A DNA stretch of 63,494 bases, counting the filler, from Folioceros fuciformis (taxonomy: Eukaryota), in the NCBI GenBank assembly GCA_049999805.1. It is 9 parts of 8 records of this genome, joined end to end, with 100 filler letters (N's around TTAATTAATTAA, not from the genome) between each part and the next. Parts side by side here need not be neighbours in the genome. Positions count along the whole stretch, not along the records: positions 46,293 to 51,617 come from JBNGIO010005564.1; positions 51,718 to 56,228 come from JBNGIO010005565.1; positions 56,329 to 63,494 come from JBNGIO010005567.1; 6 more parts are not named here. One strand, given 5' to 3'. Each line of letters begins with the position of its first letter. Within the stretch, counting starts at the first letter, position 1. Below the pieces are notes generated by a model. It was not told where the DNA came from and searched no databases. It was given only the letters and a program-made list of their open reading frames with translations. Below, piece after piece: positions 46,293 to 59,500 of this stretch. Position numbers and translations under genes: made by a program.

Positions 46293-49200
46293 CATATAGG
46301 CTCTCTAGTGCCCCTCCCACTACCAAAGGCCAAGGACTACCCAGCCACCTCGAACACCTGGTCTGGCTACAGGTTCACCCTAAAACCTCATTGTCCAAGG
46401 AGACCTTGGGTATAAATACCCCTATCTTGTTCTCAACCTAGGCCGTTTTCTTCATCATGTCACAAAAAAAATTCAAAGTCCACTCACTCTGTCACTCAAA
46501 AAGGGGTTCGCGAATATTTTTTTCCTCTACATACTCCCCTTCTCACTTGTTGGCGTCCTCGCAAACCTAGGCATAATACTTCTTCACTCGCCAAGCGTTG
46601 ACTTTGGTCGGCAGCGGTTGCCCATCCAACTGCTGCAACTGAATGGATCAGTTGGCGAAGACTTCAACTACCCAATACGATCCCATCCACCTCAGATGTA
46701 GCTTCCCAGGGAAATGCATGTACCTGTTGTCATACAGCAAAGCTAAGTCCCCGGGTGTCACCCACTCCTGCTTCCTCAACTTGTGGTCATGCCACTCCTT
46801 CCTTTTTGCCTGCATCTCCTGCGTAGCCTCCCAAGCCTGTTCTCTGTTTTCAGTGTGCCTTACGAAATTAACCAATCGTTCCAGCTAGCTTTCCTCTACC
46901 GACATGCGCTTCTCCTTTTGAACGCATAAGGTTGGAACTTCAAACTCCGTTGGCATCATTGGATGATGCCCATAGGTAAGGTAGTAAGGCGTCTTCTGCA
47001 TTGTGATCCTTTCCGCCGTCCTGTACGCCCAGAGCGCCAAGTAGAGCTTGAGATCCCACTCGTAAGCATACTCCACTATTAGCTTGTTAAGAATCAGGCA
47101 CAAGAGTCCATTCGCTTTCTCTGTCAGTCAATTGGCTTTTGGGTTGTAGGGAGTCGTCCATCGGTGTCACACATTAAAGTACTCAGCCAGGTGAGAAATG
47201 ACTTCTTTAATGAAGTGTGTACCCCGATCACTCACCAACTCCAAGGGACAACCATATCGGGCGATTACCTGTTCAAAAAAAAACTTAGCTACCATGTGGA
47301 CTGTGTCCACATGAAGAGGTTGGGCTTCCACCATTCGCGTGCAGTAGTCTGTGGCCATGAGTATGTACTGATTCTGTCGGATACTGGTTTTTGGCTAGAT
47401 AGGTCCCACAAAGTCGATTCCCCATTTCTCAAACGAGGCCAAAGCCAGAATCGGGACCAAAGGCCACTAAGTAGTCGAGGTTGGTTTACTGAACCTCGCG
47501 CATGCGTCGCACTTCTTGACAAATTCTCTAGTGTCCTTGTGCATAGTCGGCCACCAGTATCCTATCTCCAAAATCTTCCTGTAGGTGATGTGCGCGGCGA
47601 AGTGTCCACCTGCCTCTCCCTCATGCAACCCTGCCAGTACTCGATCAATCCTCCCCTCCATTACCCAAAGCCTTTCTCTCCCATCTGGTCCTACGCGATA
47701 CAACTCATCCCTGTTGTGGATGAATAGTCGTACATAGTGCACAAACGCCTGTAGTTGCTGTCGGGATAAGTCGGCGGGAATGCTGCCCATCCCCAAGAAT
47801 TTAGATACCTCTTGGTAGGTGGGTTTGATGAAGCCGACCCTCCCCTTCTCATTTCCTACAGTGCCTTCATCTTCACATCGTTTTTGGTTGGGCACGGCCG
47901 CTTCGTCCTCCATCTCTGTCGTGAACACAGTTTCATCGAGAAACTCATCCTCTGGACTTCGAACTACTTCCTCTGTCTGCATGCAAAATATAATCGGCAT
48001 TCACATGCTTGCGGCCCTCTCTTGTCTCCACTGTGAAGGTGAACTCCTACAGCAGAAGAATCCACTTGCGATGCGCTCGGACAAGTCCACCTTGATCACC
48101 AGATGTTTGAGCGCAAAATGATCCACATGGAAAACAAACTCATACAAGAGCAAGTAGTGTCGGAACTTTTGAACTGAGTACACCATCCCCAACGCTTCCC
48201 TCTCAATGGTTGTGTACTTTCGCTCTACTTCTGGAGTTGTCGCCCTGCATAGTAGATGGGGTAGTCCCGTTTCTTCTCATCTTGCTGGCTAAGCACTACT
48301 CCGATTGCAAAGGCTGAGACATCCACATAAACATGGAATTTCTTACTCCAATCTGGACCTTTGAGAGTTGACACCAAAACGAGTGTAGTCCTGAGATCTC
48401 GAAACACTTCCTCCCTCTGCGACGTCCATACCCACTCCTGATCCTTCCTCAACAAGCTGGTCAATGGTGCGGCTCTCTTAGCGAAGTTCTTGATAAACCT
48501 CCTGTAGTATCCGACCATGCCTAGGAATCCTCTTAATTCCTTCAGCGTCGTAGGTGGTTGGAGAGGTGCAATTATTTGACCTTGTCGGGGTCCACTTCGA
48601 TTCCTCTCGCTGAGATTTGATGCCCCAACAGGATTCCTTCCACCATACCAAAATAACATTTCTCTGGATGCAGACACAGTTTGGCTTCCTTACATCTCTC
48701 CAGACACTTTCGCAAGTGTCCCAAGTGATCCTTCTCTGCTCCAAACACGCAAAAGTTGTCCAGGAACACTTCCATGAGGTCGCGGAGAAAATCCTTAAAA
48801 AAATTCACTATCGCCCTCATGAAAGATCCTGGCACTCCAGTCTGTCCAAAGGCGCTGCGTTTGTAGGCGTAGGTTCCCCAATCAGTGGTAAATGCAGTCA
48901 GTGCCAGTTGCTCTCCCGGAGATGAAGCTGATTGTATCCAGAGTACTTGTCTAGAAAAGCATACACCATTCGCCCCGCGACCAAGTCCAGAATGTTGTTG
49001 ATGAATGGTAGCAAAAAGTGGTCTTTATGGGTTACCTTGTTCAACCTTCGCCAGTCCTGGCATACCCTTATCTTGCCCGGTTGCTTCTTAGGTACCACGA
49101 CGATCGGCGCTACCCACTCCGAAGTGACAATGAGATAGATGATGTCTGCCCTGAGGTACATTTCTAGCTGCTCCTTAACCTTCAGTGAATACTTTGGGTT

Positions 49201-51410
49201 CAGTTTGTACTGCGGGATTCTGACTGGCACAGCCTCGGGTACCAATTCAATCTTGTGCTCTCCCCACTCCTTGGGTGTCCCCTTCGTGTCTGTGACGTTG
49301 AAGGCGAAAACATCGATGAACTCTGCCAGCAACTCCTTCATCCCCAGTTCCAGTACCGCGTTCAACTTCGTCAAAAATTTGAGGACTTTCCCTTGCAGAA
49401 CTTCCACGTCCTTGCTCTCATCCGCCTACACCCATTCTTGCTCCACCAGCGTCGAGGTAACTCTGAATCCTTCCTCTGGTCGTCGAGGTTCTGTTTCTCG
49501 CATTCCCCATTCACGAAATAGCTCCTTCGAGGTGAAACGTGTGACATCCTCCTATGACTCCTCAAGCGTAGGTGGCCCAGCCTTCAGTTCCTCCACTTTC
49601 AACTCCATTGGTTCAGCTACCTTAGTAGTGGGTTCCACTACCTCCGGCTCCTCCACTTCAGCTACCTTGGTAGTTGATTCCACTACCTCTGTAGCGGATT
49701 CCACGACTGCATAGTCAACCATTACTCTATAGCAACTTACCAGATGGGGTAGGTTCCGTTGGTAATCCTTTTCCTCATCCGACCAGGAGATGTGGGCAAA
49801 AGGAAACCTCTCCTCCTCGTCGGCTCTCCCATCTGTATCTTCAGCTAAGGTGTACCCGTTGGTCTCAATGGGTGTCTCCCCTGCATACATGTCCTTGCTC
49901 TAGGACAAGTTGATTCGCCCTTCCTTGGTCTTCGGATCCCAATCCAAAGGTTTGAATCCTACCTCCTTTCGTCCCCACCTGAAGGTACACTTGGCACCAT
50001 ACATCCATGTCCTCCCAATTAGCACTTCATATCCCGGAGCCTTCTGTTTGATAAACATGTAATCCATGAGATACAAAATAGTGCCAATGTGGGTCAACAC
50101 TCCTGTTATTTCCCCCACAGATGCCATCTTCGCCATGTTCTCCAGTTTGCAAAACTTTGGCTGTGTGATCGATTTCCAGTCCCAGCTTCCGGGTTGTGTC
50201 CTCTGTCATGATGTTCACTCTAGACCAAGTGTCCAGAGGTACTTTCTTAATTACACACCCTGCAATTTCTATTTGTAACTCACCTGGTCCTTGATCTACC
50301 ATGGCCACCAAATTCACAGCATGGGGTCTTGATCTCACCCTTGGTAAACTCCGCTTCCTCTTGGGCTGGGCTGCCTTCAGCGCCTGTCGTAACTACTGCC
50401 TGTACCGAGGCGTGTCTCTGAGAAGTTGCCCAAAAGTTACCATGAACTTTTGGTCCATGATGGCTTCTGCCAAGTTGAGGGCCTCTTCCACTCGCGTTCT
50501 CCTCTTCTCAGCTCCTGCTTCGGGTCGGTCACTCTTATTTCCAGGCCCCTCCTGCGTTTCGGTAGTCGTTGAATCGGGCTGCCTCTCGCTGACCGTTACT
50601 GAGCGAGACGGGGTCTGATCCAATTCTTCCCGAATCATCTCTATTACCTCCTTCCGGACGTCTGGAGGAAATCCAAGTGCTCTCAAATTTTCTATTCGCG
50701 AGGTCCCTCCTGCTGCCTCGGTTTCCTGGATTCGACCACCTTCTGCCTGGTCACCGCCCTCGGTGCGAGTCATGGGATTAGCATTCGCCAAATCTTCCTT
50801 TTCCGAGTTTCCCTTTTTAGCTCCTGTTTGGTGAAGTGGAGCTTCCTCCCTAGCCGACGGCGATGGCTCCCCCTTTTCTTCCCTGCTGACCGAAGTCGAA
50901 GTATCTCCTGCAGCTTCAGACGTGCTGGAGAAAATGGGTAGCCCCTTTTGCTTTGCTTCCCCTGCTCTCCTCTCCTGACGGGTTCACTGGTCTCCTTGTT
51001 CCCCTTAAATTTCCCACGGGTACGAACAGCCATGGCGGGCGCCTCCTCATAGTACTTTCCATCCAAGCTCCCCAAACCTTCCAGCTCTCTTAGCATGTTA
51101 GCCTCAGCGTCCTCCCATACTACTATGAGTGCATCCTCCACCTGTACAGCAGGTGCTGCGTTTGCCCTAGCTGGTTGAATCACCGTCGCTGGAGTTTGAG
51201 TGACCCTCACATGCTTCTTTGGTGTTGAGTAGAGAACTCTTTTGGCGCCATGTCCCGTTTGCTTGTAGTCCATGCACAACCTCTCATAGTCACCGTTTCC
51301 TTGTCGCATCACTGAAGAACAACTGCTTGCGAAGTGACCGATCCCCCGATAGTTGTAATACTGGATGGTGGTTAACTGTCAAGAGCCCCTAGCCGCTTGA
51401 TTTCGCATTC
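46293..51410 (-). mobile_element. Ty3/Gypsy element of the same family (gag knuckle to integrase, PPT 46534-46545, 3' LTR start at 46531), degenerate
   Basis: Protease 49900-50338; RT 48572-49407; RNase H 48001-48677; integrase 46567-48000; gagaaggggag PPT followed by TGTAG. Confidence 0.92.
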
Positions 51411-51617
51411 TGTGGACTCCACATGCTGAACAGACCCCTGGGAAATGATAGGTTTTCTTTTTTTTGGATTTGTGGGTGAGTGTTGTAGAGGAAAGGTTGG
51501 AAGGTTAGGTTAGAATAATAGTTAGGTTGATGGTGAGTCGATAAGGTAGGTAGGTTGTGTGGTAGATAGGACACGGGCTCTGGTTCCTCGGGGTAAGGTA
51601 ACGGAGGAATAGGAAAC
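51411..51617 (+). mobile_element. Start of an LTR of the 5-kb-LTR family, inserted into the Gypsy gag
   Basis: TGTGGACTCCACATGCTGAA... matches the reverse complement of ~24515-24715; ends at a gap. Confidence 0.8.
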
Positions 51618-51717
51618 NNNNNNNNNNNNNNNNNNNNNNNNNNNNNNNNNNNNNNNNNNNNTTAATTAATTAANNNNNNNNNNNNNNNNNNNNNNNNNNN
51701 NNNNNNNNNNNNNNNNN

Positions 51718-54700
51718 ACGATGAGGTCGAGTGATGAAGATGTAAGCAGGGTTGTCGATGCTGAAGTCCGAAGCTCCCCCTCAAGCCGAGCTGAGGGATT
51801 GGGCTCCAACGCCACCCATATAAGCCTCTTTGCTGATCAGTCCAATGCCTCTCACGTGCTTCTCATGCAGCGCCTTGCTGAGTCCCTTCGTGAGAAGATC
51901 TGCAGTGTTATCTGTGGTGTTTACATACTGTAGCAGAACTTGCTTGTTGGCTACCACTTGTCGTATGAAGTGGTGTTGGATCTCCACGTGTTTCGTCCTC
52001 GCATGCAGGATAGGGTTGTGCGTCATCGCTATGGCGGATTGGTTGTCGCACAGAAGCATAGTTGGCTCGTCCTGATGCTCGTTGACGTCCTGCAGGAATT
52101 GGCGGATCCAAAGTATTTCCTTTGCTGCAAGTGAAGTGGCTGCGTACTCTGCTTCGGTACTCGACAAGCAAACTGTCTACATCTTCTTGCAGCTCCAGGA
52201 AACAGTCGAGCTGTTGATCATGCAACAGTAGGCTACGGTCGACTTTCTGGCATCTGGATCACCTGCCCAATCAGCATCGGAAAAGGATGTAAGCTGGAAC
52301 TTGGGTAATGTGTTGCATCTGTACAGAAAGGCCTAGCGACTTGGTGCCCTTGAGGTATCGGAAAACTCGCTTGACGCAGGTCCAGTGTGCTCTCCCCAGA
52401 TTGGACAAGTATCTTGATACGATGTTCACAGCTTGGCAGATGTCGGACCTGGTCCAGATTGATAGGTAAAGCAAGCTGCCCACTGCCTCGCTGTAGGGGA
52501 CTTGTTGCATTTCCTTTGTCTCTTCGGGTGTGCTTGGACAGTCCTCAGCTGATATCTTCTCACCTGCCGCTATGGGGGTAGACACTGGCTTCACGTCTTT
52601 TAGTTTGAATCTTTCTAGCAATTGTTCTACATAGTGTTGCTGATGGATGAAGTATGTGCTGTCTGTAGGGTTGTATTCAAACAGGACGCCTAGAGCATAA
52701 TGCAAAGGACCGATATCTACGACTTTATATTCTCTGGACAGTAGGTCTTTGGCGAACTGTATGGAATCTAAGCTATCTCCGAAGATGAAATTGTCATCTA
52801 CGTAAAGGGTGATGATGATGAACTTACTTTTGTCTCTAAGGATGTACACGCTTGGATCTGAGGTGAGTGGTACAAACCCACAAGCCTTCAAGTATAGGTC
52901 TATGGTTTCGTTCCATACCTGAGCTGATTGCTTGAGGCCGTATAGGGACTTCAGCAGCTTGCATACCTTGTGTGAGTTTTTGATGAAGCCGGGTGGTTGC
53001 AGCATGTATATGTCTTCACTTAGGGTCCCGTATAGAAATGCTGTCTTGACGTCGACTTGATGGACTTGCAGGTGGTGATATGCAACGAAGGCAAGGAGGA
53101 TTCTGATGGAGGTCGACTTTACCACCGGGCTGAAGAGTCGGTTTTCTTCGTAGTCGAAGCTTGGGATCTGTGTGAAACCTCTGGCGACGAGCCTGGCCTT
53201 GTGCCTTGCTACTGTTCCATCTGGGTTGAGTTTGCGCCTGAACGTTCATTTGCATGAAATGGGCTTCCTTCCCTTTGGTAATTCTACCAACTTCCAGGTC
53301 TTGTTGCTTATGAGGGAGTCATATTCCGACTGAACTGCTGCTGTCCACTTTGGGGAGGCAAGTGCTTCAGTTATGGACAGGGGCACTCCTTGCATCTCTA
53401 TAGCTGATAGTGCCTGATGTGCCGCATCCTCCAGATGGTCGGTGTGGGGTTGGGTGACAGTTGGTGTCTCTTTGTCCGTATGCCCGATTAGGGTATCTCC
53501 TGGGGTATATGGTGGTTCCTTCCATTCGCTTCGTGGGGGTCTGGTTCTGGTGGATCTCCTGAGGGTGTCTGAAGGAGGAGGCAAGATGGGATCTGAATGG
53601 TTTACCTGGGGTCTTGCTTCTGGGGGAATTACCTCTGCTATGTCAGGATCTGGGAGTGGCGTGAGAATGGGGAGATCTGGCTGGTTGTGTGCTGGAGGCT
53701 GCTGAGCTGGTTGCGGGACTAGGCCTAAGGGGTGCACTAAGGGAATTGCAGGTTGTTGGGTTACCTCTTGAGATTGAAGTAAAGTATCGTCGTATTCTGT
53801 GGCCCCCTCAAGCTCAAGAGGGAAGTCGGTGATGGAATGACCGAAAATGCTGGGGGCGGGCAAAGGGTGGGGGTGCAGAGAGGATTGGAGAAGAGTGGTG
53901 AGCAGGTGGGTTTCATTGAAGTGCACGCTTCGAGAATGGATTACCTCTCTGGAACGAGGATCGAAAAGCCGATAGGCTTTGACCTGGTCTGAGTATCCTA
54001 TAAAAAGCAATTTGCGGCCTCTGTCGTCCCACTTACTCCTGGTTTCTGCAGCAATGTGAGCGAAAGCTGGGCTACCAAAAATGCGGAGATGGGATACCCT
54101 GGGTTTATTGCCACTCCATCTCTCGAAAGGAGTAGTGCTGGGGAGATCTTTCGTGGGAAGCCTGTTTTTCAGATAGTTTGAAGTTGACACAGCCTCGGCC
54201 CTATACCCTTTGGTCAGGCCATCGAGTTTGAGGAGGGATCTCGAGATTTCAAGCAAAGAACGATTCATACGTTCGGCAAAGGGGTTCTGTGAGGGGGTAT
54301 AAGGTACCGTATATTGTCTCTGAATACCTTTGGAGCGGCAGAATTCTTGGAAGGCATGGCTGATATACTCACCCCCGTTGTCCGTACGCAGGGTGATTAC
54401 TTGGAAGCCAGTTTGTTGTTCTGCGCTGCTAAGGAAATCTTGGAAGCATGAGAAAGCTTCATCTTTTCTCTTGAGGAAATACACGTGACAGTACCTACTC
54501 CACTCGTCTAGGAAAGTGATGAAGTAGCTGTGGCCTCCAAAGAATTCAGTGCTCATAGGTCCGCATATGTCCGAGTGGATAGTGTCAAGCAATCGTCGTG
54601 CTCGAGTTGGGGACCGGTCCTTGAATGGCAGTTGGTTGAGCTTGGTGTATTGGCATACTTCGCAGAAAAAGTCTTTGTGCACGTTGAGTTTGACGGGGTC

Positions 54701-56228
54701 TCTGTACATGGTGGGATTGGCTAGCATGTTCAGGTACCTAGGGTTCATATGACCTGCCCTACAGTGCCACAGCAGAGAATCATTCGGTGTGGTGGATGGC
54801 GTACTGTCAACTAGGAGGGATGTGGACTGTATGTTGAGAAGGTACAGGTCGTTGAAAGGGAGACCATGAGCTAAGGCTACCTGACTGGGGTCTTGACTAT
54901 GGCAGATCGTGCAGTGGTTTCCTTGGAAAGTTATGGTGAGATCATGTTCGGTTGCTAGCTTTCGTACTGATAGGAGGTTTTTGGTCATGGCAGGGACGTG
55001 GAGGACACCGTTTATGGTAAGGTATTCACCAGTGGATAAACGAAGCTGGACTTGCCCTGATCCGTGAATAGAGAGGGCGCTGTTGTCCCCTAGGAGGACG
55101 TGTTGGTCTGAGAGGACAGTGTGGTATGAAGTGAACATGTCTCGACAACTGCAGATATGGGTTGTGGCCCCGGAATCTAAGAACCAGCGACTTGTGTCTG
55201 TACGGGTAAGTGTGAGGCAGACTGCTAAAATTGAGTTGGCTGGTGAAGGCTTAGCTGTTGTTGTGAGATGGGACTCGTTTCTGGGGGTTTCCCTTCGAGG
55301 TTCGCCTGCCAGTTTTTTTCTGCATTCGCTCTCATAGTGGCCGAGGATTTTACACCAGTTGCAGGCTCCCTTGGCAGACCTCTTGTCAAACTGCTTGTTT
55401 TGAGAGAATTGTCGATTGGGAAATGTTGAAAAGCTTGCAGAGGGCTGGCCTCTTCCTCTTGTGAAAGCTCCTCGGCTACCGCCGGTGCCTCCACGCCTAT
55501 TGCCTCTTCCTCTCGACAAGAAGAGAGTGTGGTGTGTTCTTGTGCTGGAACGTGAGGTGCCGATCCTACTGGACTCCTCCTCTAGCAGGGCTGCTACAAC
55601 GTCGGAGAGCGTGTATGCTGGGGGTACGTTTTCTCCTGTAGCTTGAATGGCCTGTCTTAGTGCGGCGTTCTGCGAACTAACAAAGTTCCTGTATGATGGA
55701 GGAAGAGATGTTAGAAGAGCGATTGCTGCCTGAAGCTCATTGATTATGGTGCCGCTGCCGGAGAGCTTGGCTCGCAAGGACCTGAACACGTTTACATGCT
55801 GCTCGACGCTCTCGTTTTCCCTCATCTTAAGGGAGTAGAATTGTCTTGTGGCGTTTATAAGAGACATCGAGCTTTGTGCCTGGAACATGTCTTTAAACGC
55901 TTTCCACCCATCATGTGAGGTCGTCTGACCTTGGGTGTGCTGAAGCATTGTTTTGTCGATGGCAGATATCAGGATGTTACGAGCCCTCTTGTCCTTCTTG
56001 TTCCATGCGGCTATGTGGTCGGCAGTAGCTGGTGGATTAGAAGTGAGAGAAGGCTGCGGCGAGGTGCCGTTCGTGACTGACATCAGATCATGTTCCTCTA
56101 GCAGGGTTGTTATTCTCATTTGCCTGATATCGTAATCGCTTCCTGTGAAGCGATCGCGGTCTCTAAATTCTACTTTGGTGGTGTTAATCACCGTGGAGGT
56201 AGGATTATGGGCAGGATTGGCCATGGCA
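51718..56228 (-). mobile_element. Ty1/Copia internal region, near-complete polyprotein with few disruptions
   Basis: 992-aa gag-PR-IN ORF 53246-56224; RT 52271-53125; RNase H 51781-52167; LTRs not visible (gaps). Confidence 0.95.
53246..56224 (-). CDS. Copia gag-protease-integrase polyprotein (stop/frameshift at start of RT)
   Basis: CNWCKILGHYESEC, WFLDSGATTH, LWHCRAGH, IHSDICGP, LRTDNGGEY. Confidence 0.9.
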   Translation of the reverse strand: MANPAHNPTSTVINTTKVEFRDRDRFTGSDYDIRQMRITTLLEEHDLMSVTNGTSPQPSLTSNPPATADHIAAWNKKDKRARNILISAIDKTMLQHTQGQTTSHDGWKAFKDMFQAQSSMSLINATRQFYSLKMRENESVEQHVNVFRSLRAKLSGSGTIINELQAAIALLTSLPPSYRNFVSSQNAALRQAIQATGENVPPAYTLSDVVAALLEEESSRIGTSRSSTRTHHTLFLSRGRGNRRGGTGGSRGAFTRGRGQPSASFSTFPNRQFSQNKQFDKRSAKGACNWCKILGHYESECRKKLAGEPRRETPRNESHLTTTAKPSPANSILAVCLTLTRTDTSRWFLDSGATTHICSCRDMFTSYHTVLSDQHVLLGDNSALSIHGSGQVQLRLSTGEYLTINGVLHVPAMTKNLLSVRKLATEHDLTITFQGNHCTICHSQDPSQVALAHGLPFNDLYLLNIQSTSLLVDSTPSTTPNDSLLWHCRAGHMNPRYLNMLANPTMYRDPVKLNVHKDFFCEVCQYTKLNQLPFKDRSPTRARRLLDTIHSDICGPMSTEFFGGHSYFITFLDEWSRYCHVYFLKRKDEAFSCFQDFLSSAEQQTGFQVITLRTDNGGEYISHAFQEFCRSKGIQRQYTVPYTPSQNPFAERMNRSLLEISRSLLKLDGLTKGYRAEAVSTSNYLKNRLPTKDLPSTTPFERWSGNKPRVSHLRIFGSPAFAHIAAETRSKWDDRGRKLLFIGYSDQVKAYRLFDPRSREVIHSRSVHFNETHLLTTLLQSSLHPHPLPAPSIFGHSITDFPLELEGATEYDDTLLQSQEVTQQPAIPLVHPLGLVPQPAQQPPAHNQPDLPILTPLPDPDIAEVIPPEARPQVNHSDPILPPPSDTLRRSTRTRPPRSEWKEPPYTPGDTLIGHTDKETPTVTQPHTDHLEDAAHQALSAIEMQGVPLSITEALASPKWTAAVQSEYDSLISNKTWKLVELPKGRKPISCK

Positions 56229-56480
56229 NNNNNNNNNNNNNNNNNNNNNNNNNNNNNNNNNNNNNNNNNNNNTTAATTAATTAANNNNNNNNNNNNNNNN
56301 NNNNNNNNNNNNNNNNNNNNNNNNNNNNGATCAAGTCCGACCCTCCATCCACAGCAGCAAGGAACCCCATCGCTCCTTCGTGGGAACGAAACCCAATGTC
56401 TCAACGACAGTGGGATAAGTGTGGCCACTAAAGGTGGGACCCGTCGGCAATCAGTGCCCGGGGTTTTGCCTCCACATTTT

Positions 56481-56498
56481 TGGCGCCGTTGCCGGGGA
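56481..56498 (+). promoter_or_regulatory. Primer binding site (tRNA-Asp, Athila-type)
   Basis: TGGCGCCGTTGCCGGGGA, 4 nt after the LTR CA. Confidence 0.88.
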
Positions 56499-56552
56499 GC
56501 GGCTTGGGAGTTTCTTTTGCTGACCGGATGGAGAGTCTAAGTTGTCCTGTAG

Positions 56553-59500
56553 ATGTCTGGTGGAAGAGGTGATCGTAGAACTGGTAGAGAACGAGCAGTT
56601 GTAACCCCTTCACCAAGGGATCTGCGTGCAACAAGGAGGAATTTGCTGAGAGGAGAGAGTAGCTTGACCCCTAAGGCTAGCACCCTTGTGCAGGAGGAGC
56701 TACCTTGGTCAAGTGGAGAGCACGAATCTGAAGGGTTGATTGGTGGAGAGCGTGATATCCAGGAGTCGAGTGTTGTGCAGTCAACTCCAGTAGGGGCTGT
56801 ACTTCCTACGTCAAGTATCAGCCAAGAGGGTGGAGGAGTTGCTGCAAGGATGGCTGCTCCTATTCACAGTCGTCAGCAATACGTGAAGTTTGGAGACAAG
56901 AGAAGAGGGGAGGATGCTGAATCCTTCCTAAGGACATTCGAGCATGTGTCTCGTGCCAACATGGAGGACACTACAGCTGATCGTTTGAGGATCTTTCCAG
57001 GTTTGCTGAGAGGACAAGCTCAGCAGTGGTACAGCCGGACATATGGAGTGACACCACCAGTGGATTGGGACAGCCTGAAGGACGATTTCTTGACCAGGTT
57101 CCGAGGTCTCAGCCATGGCCATCACACCTACGCGAGGTTGAGGACTTTGAAGCGAGGAAGGAAGGAGGATCTTTATGACTACATTGAGAGGTTCTACAGC
57201 TATGTGGACAGGATTCCACGTGGCAGGCCAGTTGTTCCGGGAGGTCCGAGTACTCCAGGGTACACGGATGCTCAAGCTTTGGATTGGTTTGCTGGAGGAC
57301 TACCTGATAGGATGGCGACCTACTGCACAAGAGGTGTGACCACTTTGCAGGAAGCTTTGAAGGCTGCTGAAGATTTTGAGCTTTCGGAGTTGAGCAGAGA
57401 AAAGAGGAAGCAGAACCGGAAGTATGGGCATCATAGGAGGTCGAGGCACCACAGCCCATCTTCCTCTTCAAGGTCGAGGTCACCGTCTCACTCAGATCCA
57501 GATTATGACAGCCTTGTGTCGGATCCTTACACCGATGAGGAGTCCGATAAGGCTTATGAGAAGAGGATGAGGAAGGACCTGGAGAAAGCACGCAAGAGGC
57601 GCGAGGAGGATGAGGATCGTCGAGCTGAGAAGGACAAGAGAGGCAAAGGATCCTATAGGATGGAGAGAGGCGAACCGTCCTCAAGTGGTGGAGGACTGAC
57701 CAGTCAGGTTGAGGCATTGACGAGGAGGCTGGCCGAGTTGGAGGTGAAGGCTGTACGCAACCAAGCACCAAGGAGGTCACCTTCACCAGGTCGGCAGCTG
57801 GTGTACTGTTCTATTTGTCATCAATCAGGACACACCCACCAAGAGTGCACTAGGGCTCCCCGCCACGCCGTCAACCAAGTGGACACCTACCTACCAGGAG
57901 ACTATTGGTACGTGGATGACTCCTATCAGGTACAGGCTGTGACTGCTCCTCGACCACCACAGTCCATTCGGCCATCTTTTCAACCACCAGGACCTCCTGG
58001 AATGAGGTATGGTCCTCGTCCAGTATCTCCAGGCCATTGGAGGCCAGATCCGTCCCAGCGTCCACAAGTGGTGGCAGCAGGTTGTTGTTTTAATTGTGGC
58101 TTGCCGGGACACTATGCTAACGAGTGCACAGAGCCACGTAGGCAACTTGGATTTGTGCCGTTTTGTCAGGTGTGTAAGGATCCAGGGCACAGGGCTGGGG
58201 ATCCAAGGTGTTCGGGCATCCCTAGGCCTGCGCTGCCTAGATCCGGAGTGAGGATCACGGAGGCACCGCAAGAGGGACTTCCTCCTGGGGTGGAAACAAC
58301 AACTCCGGTGACAAGCGCACCTGTGTTGTCGGTGGAGGCTGAGGAGGAGCCTTTGATTGACTCTCAAGCATTTTCTGGCATTGTGGAGGAGGGATATTCA
58401 GGCGAAGCTAGCGATGGTGAAGAAGTCATGGTGGCAAGGGTCACCACTCGTTCTGAACGTCGTTATCGGGAGAGGACGAAGAAGGAAGAGAAGAGAAGGA
58501 GGAGAGAACGTGACAACACTCCTAAACCATCGGAGGCAAGGGAGGAACCACTCGTCCAGCAAGGGAAGAATGATGTGTCGACGGGACAAGAGGTTGATCC
58601 ATCCCATCGAGAGGAAGGTGAACTAGATGAAGGAGAGGTTGAAGAATCAGCATTCCCACCCGACATCAGCAAGGAGGTTGCTGCAATGCTGGAGGAAGAG
58701 CTGACTAGGCTGATGCACCGGTCTAAGAAGGTCACGTTTGCAGACCCTCTTGTGACAGGGGTGGTGGAGAGTGCAAGTCCCTTGGAGAAGGAACAGGAAG
58801 GAGAGAAGGTTGATCGAAGCGAGGAGGATGGAGGGATCAATCCTCCTAAGACAACAACAGCAAGGGAGGCTTTGGCCATGAAGGTTGCTGGATTTGCTGA
58901 CGCCTTGCTTGACCAGGAGTTTGTGGTGAGCTTGAGACAGCTCTTGTCTGTTAGTCCCAAGGCCAGGAAGATCGTCAAGGAAGCCATCCGAGGGATACCG
59001 GAGCCACTCGAAGGGAAGAGAGTCCCTACTTGGATGAGTTCAGTTGAGTTGGCTGATTGTGGAGCTCCTGAAATAGAGGTGGAGATTGCAGGTTGTCTGG
59101 TACCGGATGTACCGTTGGATACGGGGTCTGGTGTCAACCTTATGACGGAGGACACAGCCCATCGTTTGGGGTTCACGGAGTTTGACCCTATCCGCGTGTA
59201 CCTTCGGATGGCAGATCAGACCAAGAGGAAGCCTCTAGGAGTGTTGAAGGATGTGCCCACGGTGATAGGAGGGATCATGTTCAAGCTAACCTACATTGTC
59301 ATGAGGCCAGTGTCTGACCTAGGGTACAAGGTGCTCCTTGGGAGACCGTGGTTGTACGGGACAGCTTGTGTGTTTGATTTTGGCAGGAAAGGTGTGACCT
59401 TTAGGTCTAAACCTACAGGACCTGCTGAAGTTTCGTTTGTCTCGTGGAGCAAAGCTCCCTATGGGGGAGAAACAGCAGGACCATCTCCCGGGTACACATC

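Noticed and set aside
43418-51410. Large inverted repeat or foldback formed by two Gypsy copies
   Set aside because: The copies are clearly diverged and separated by a gap; these are independent insertions.
51411-56476. 51411 terminus as the start of the 5' LTR of the intact Gypsy
   Set aside because: The 3' LTR of that element begins TGTGAACCTCCAAAG (62728), which does not match TGTGGACTCCACATG.
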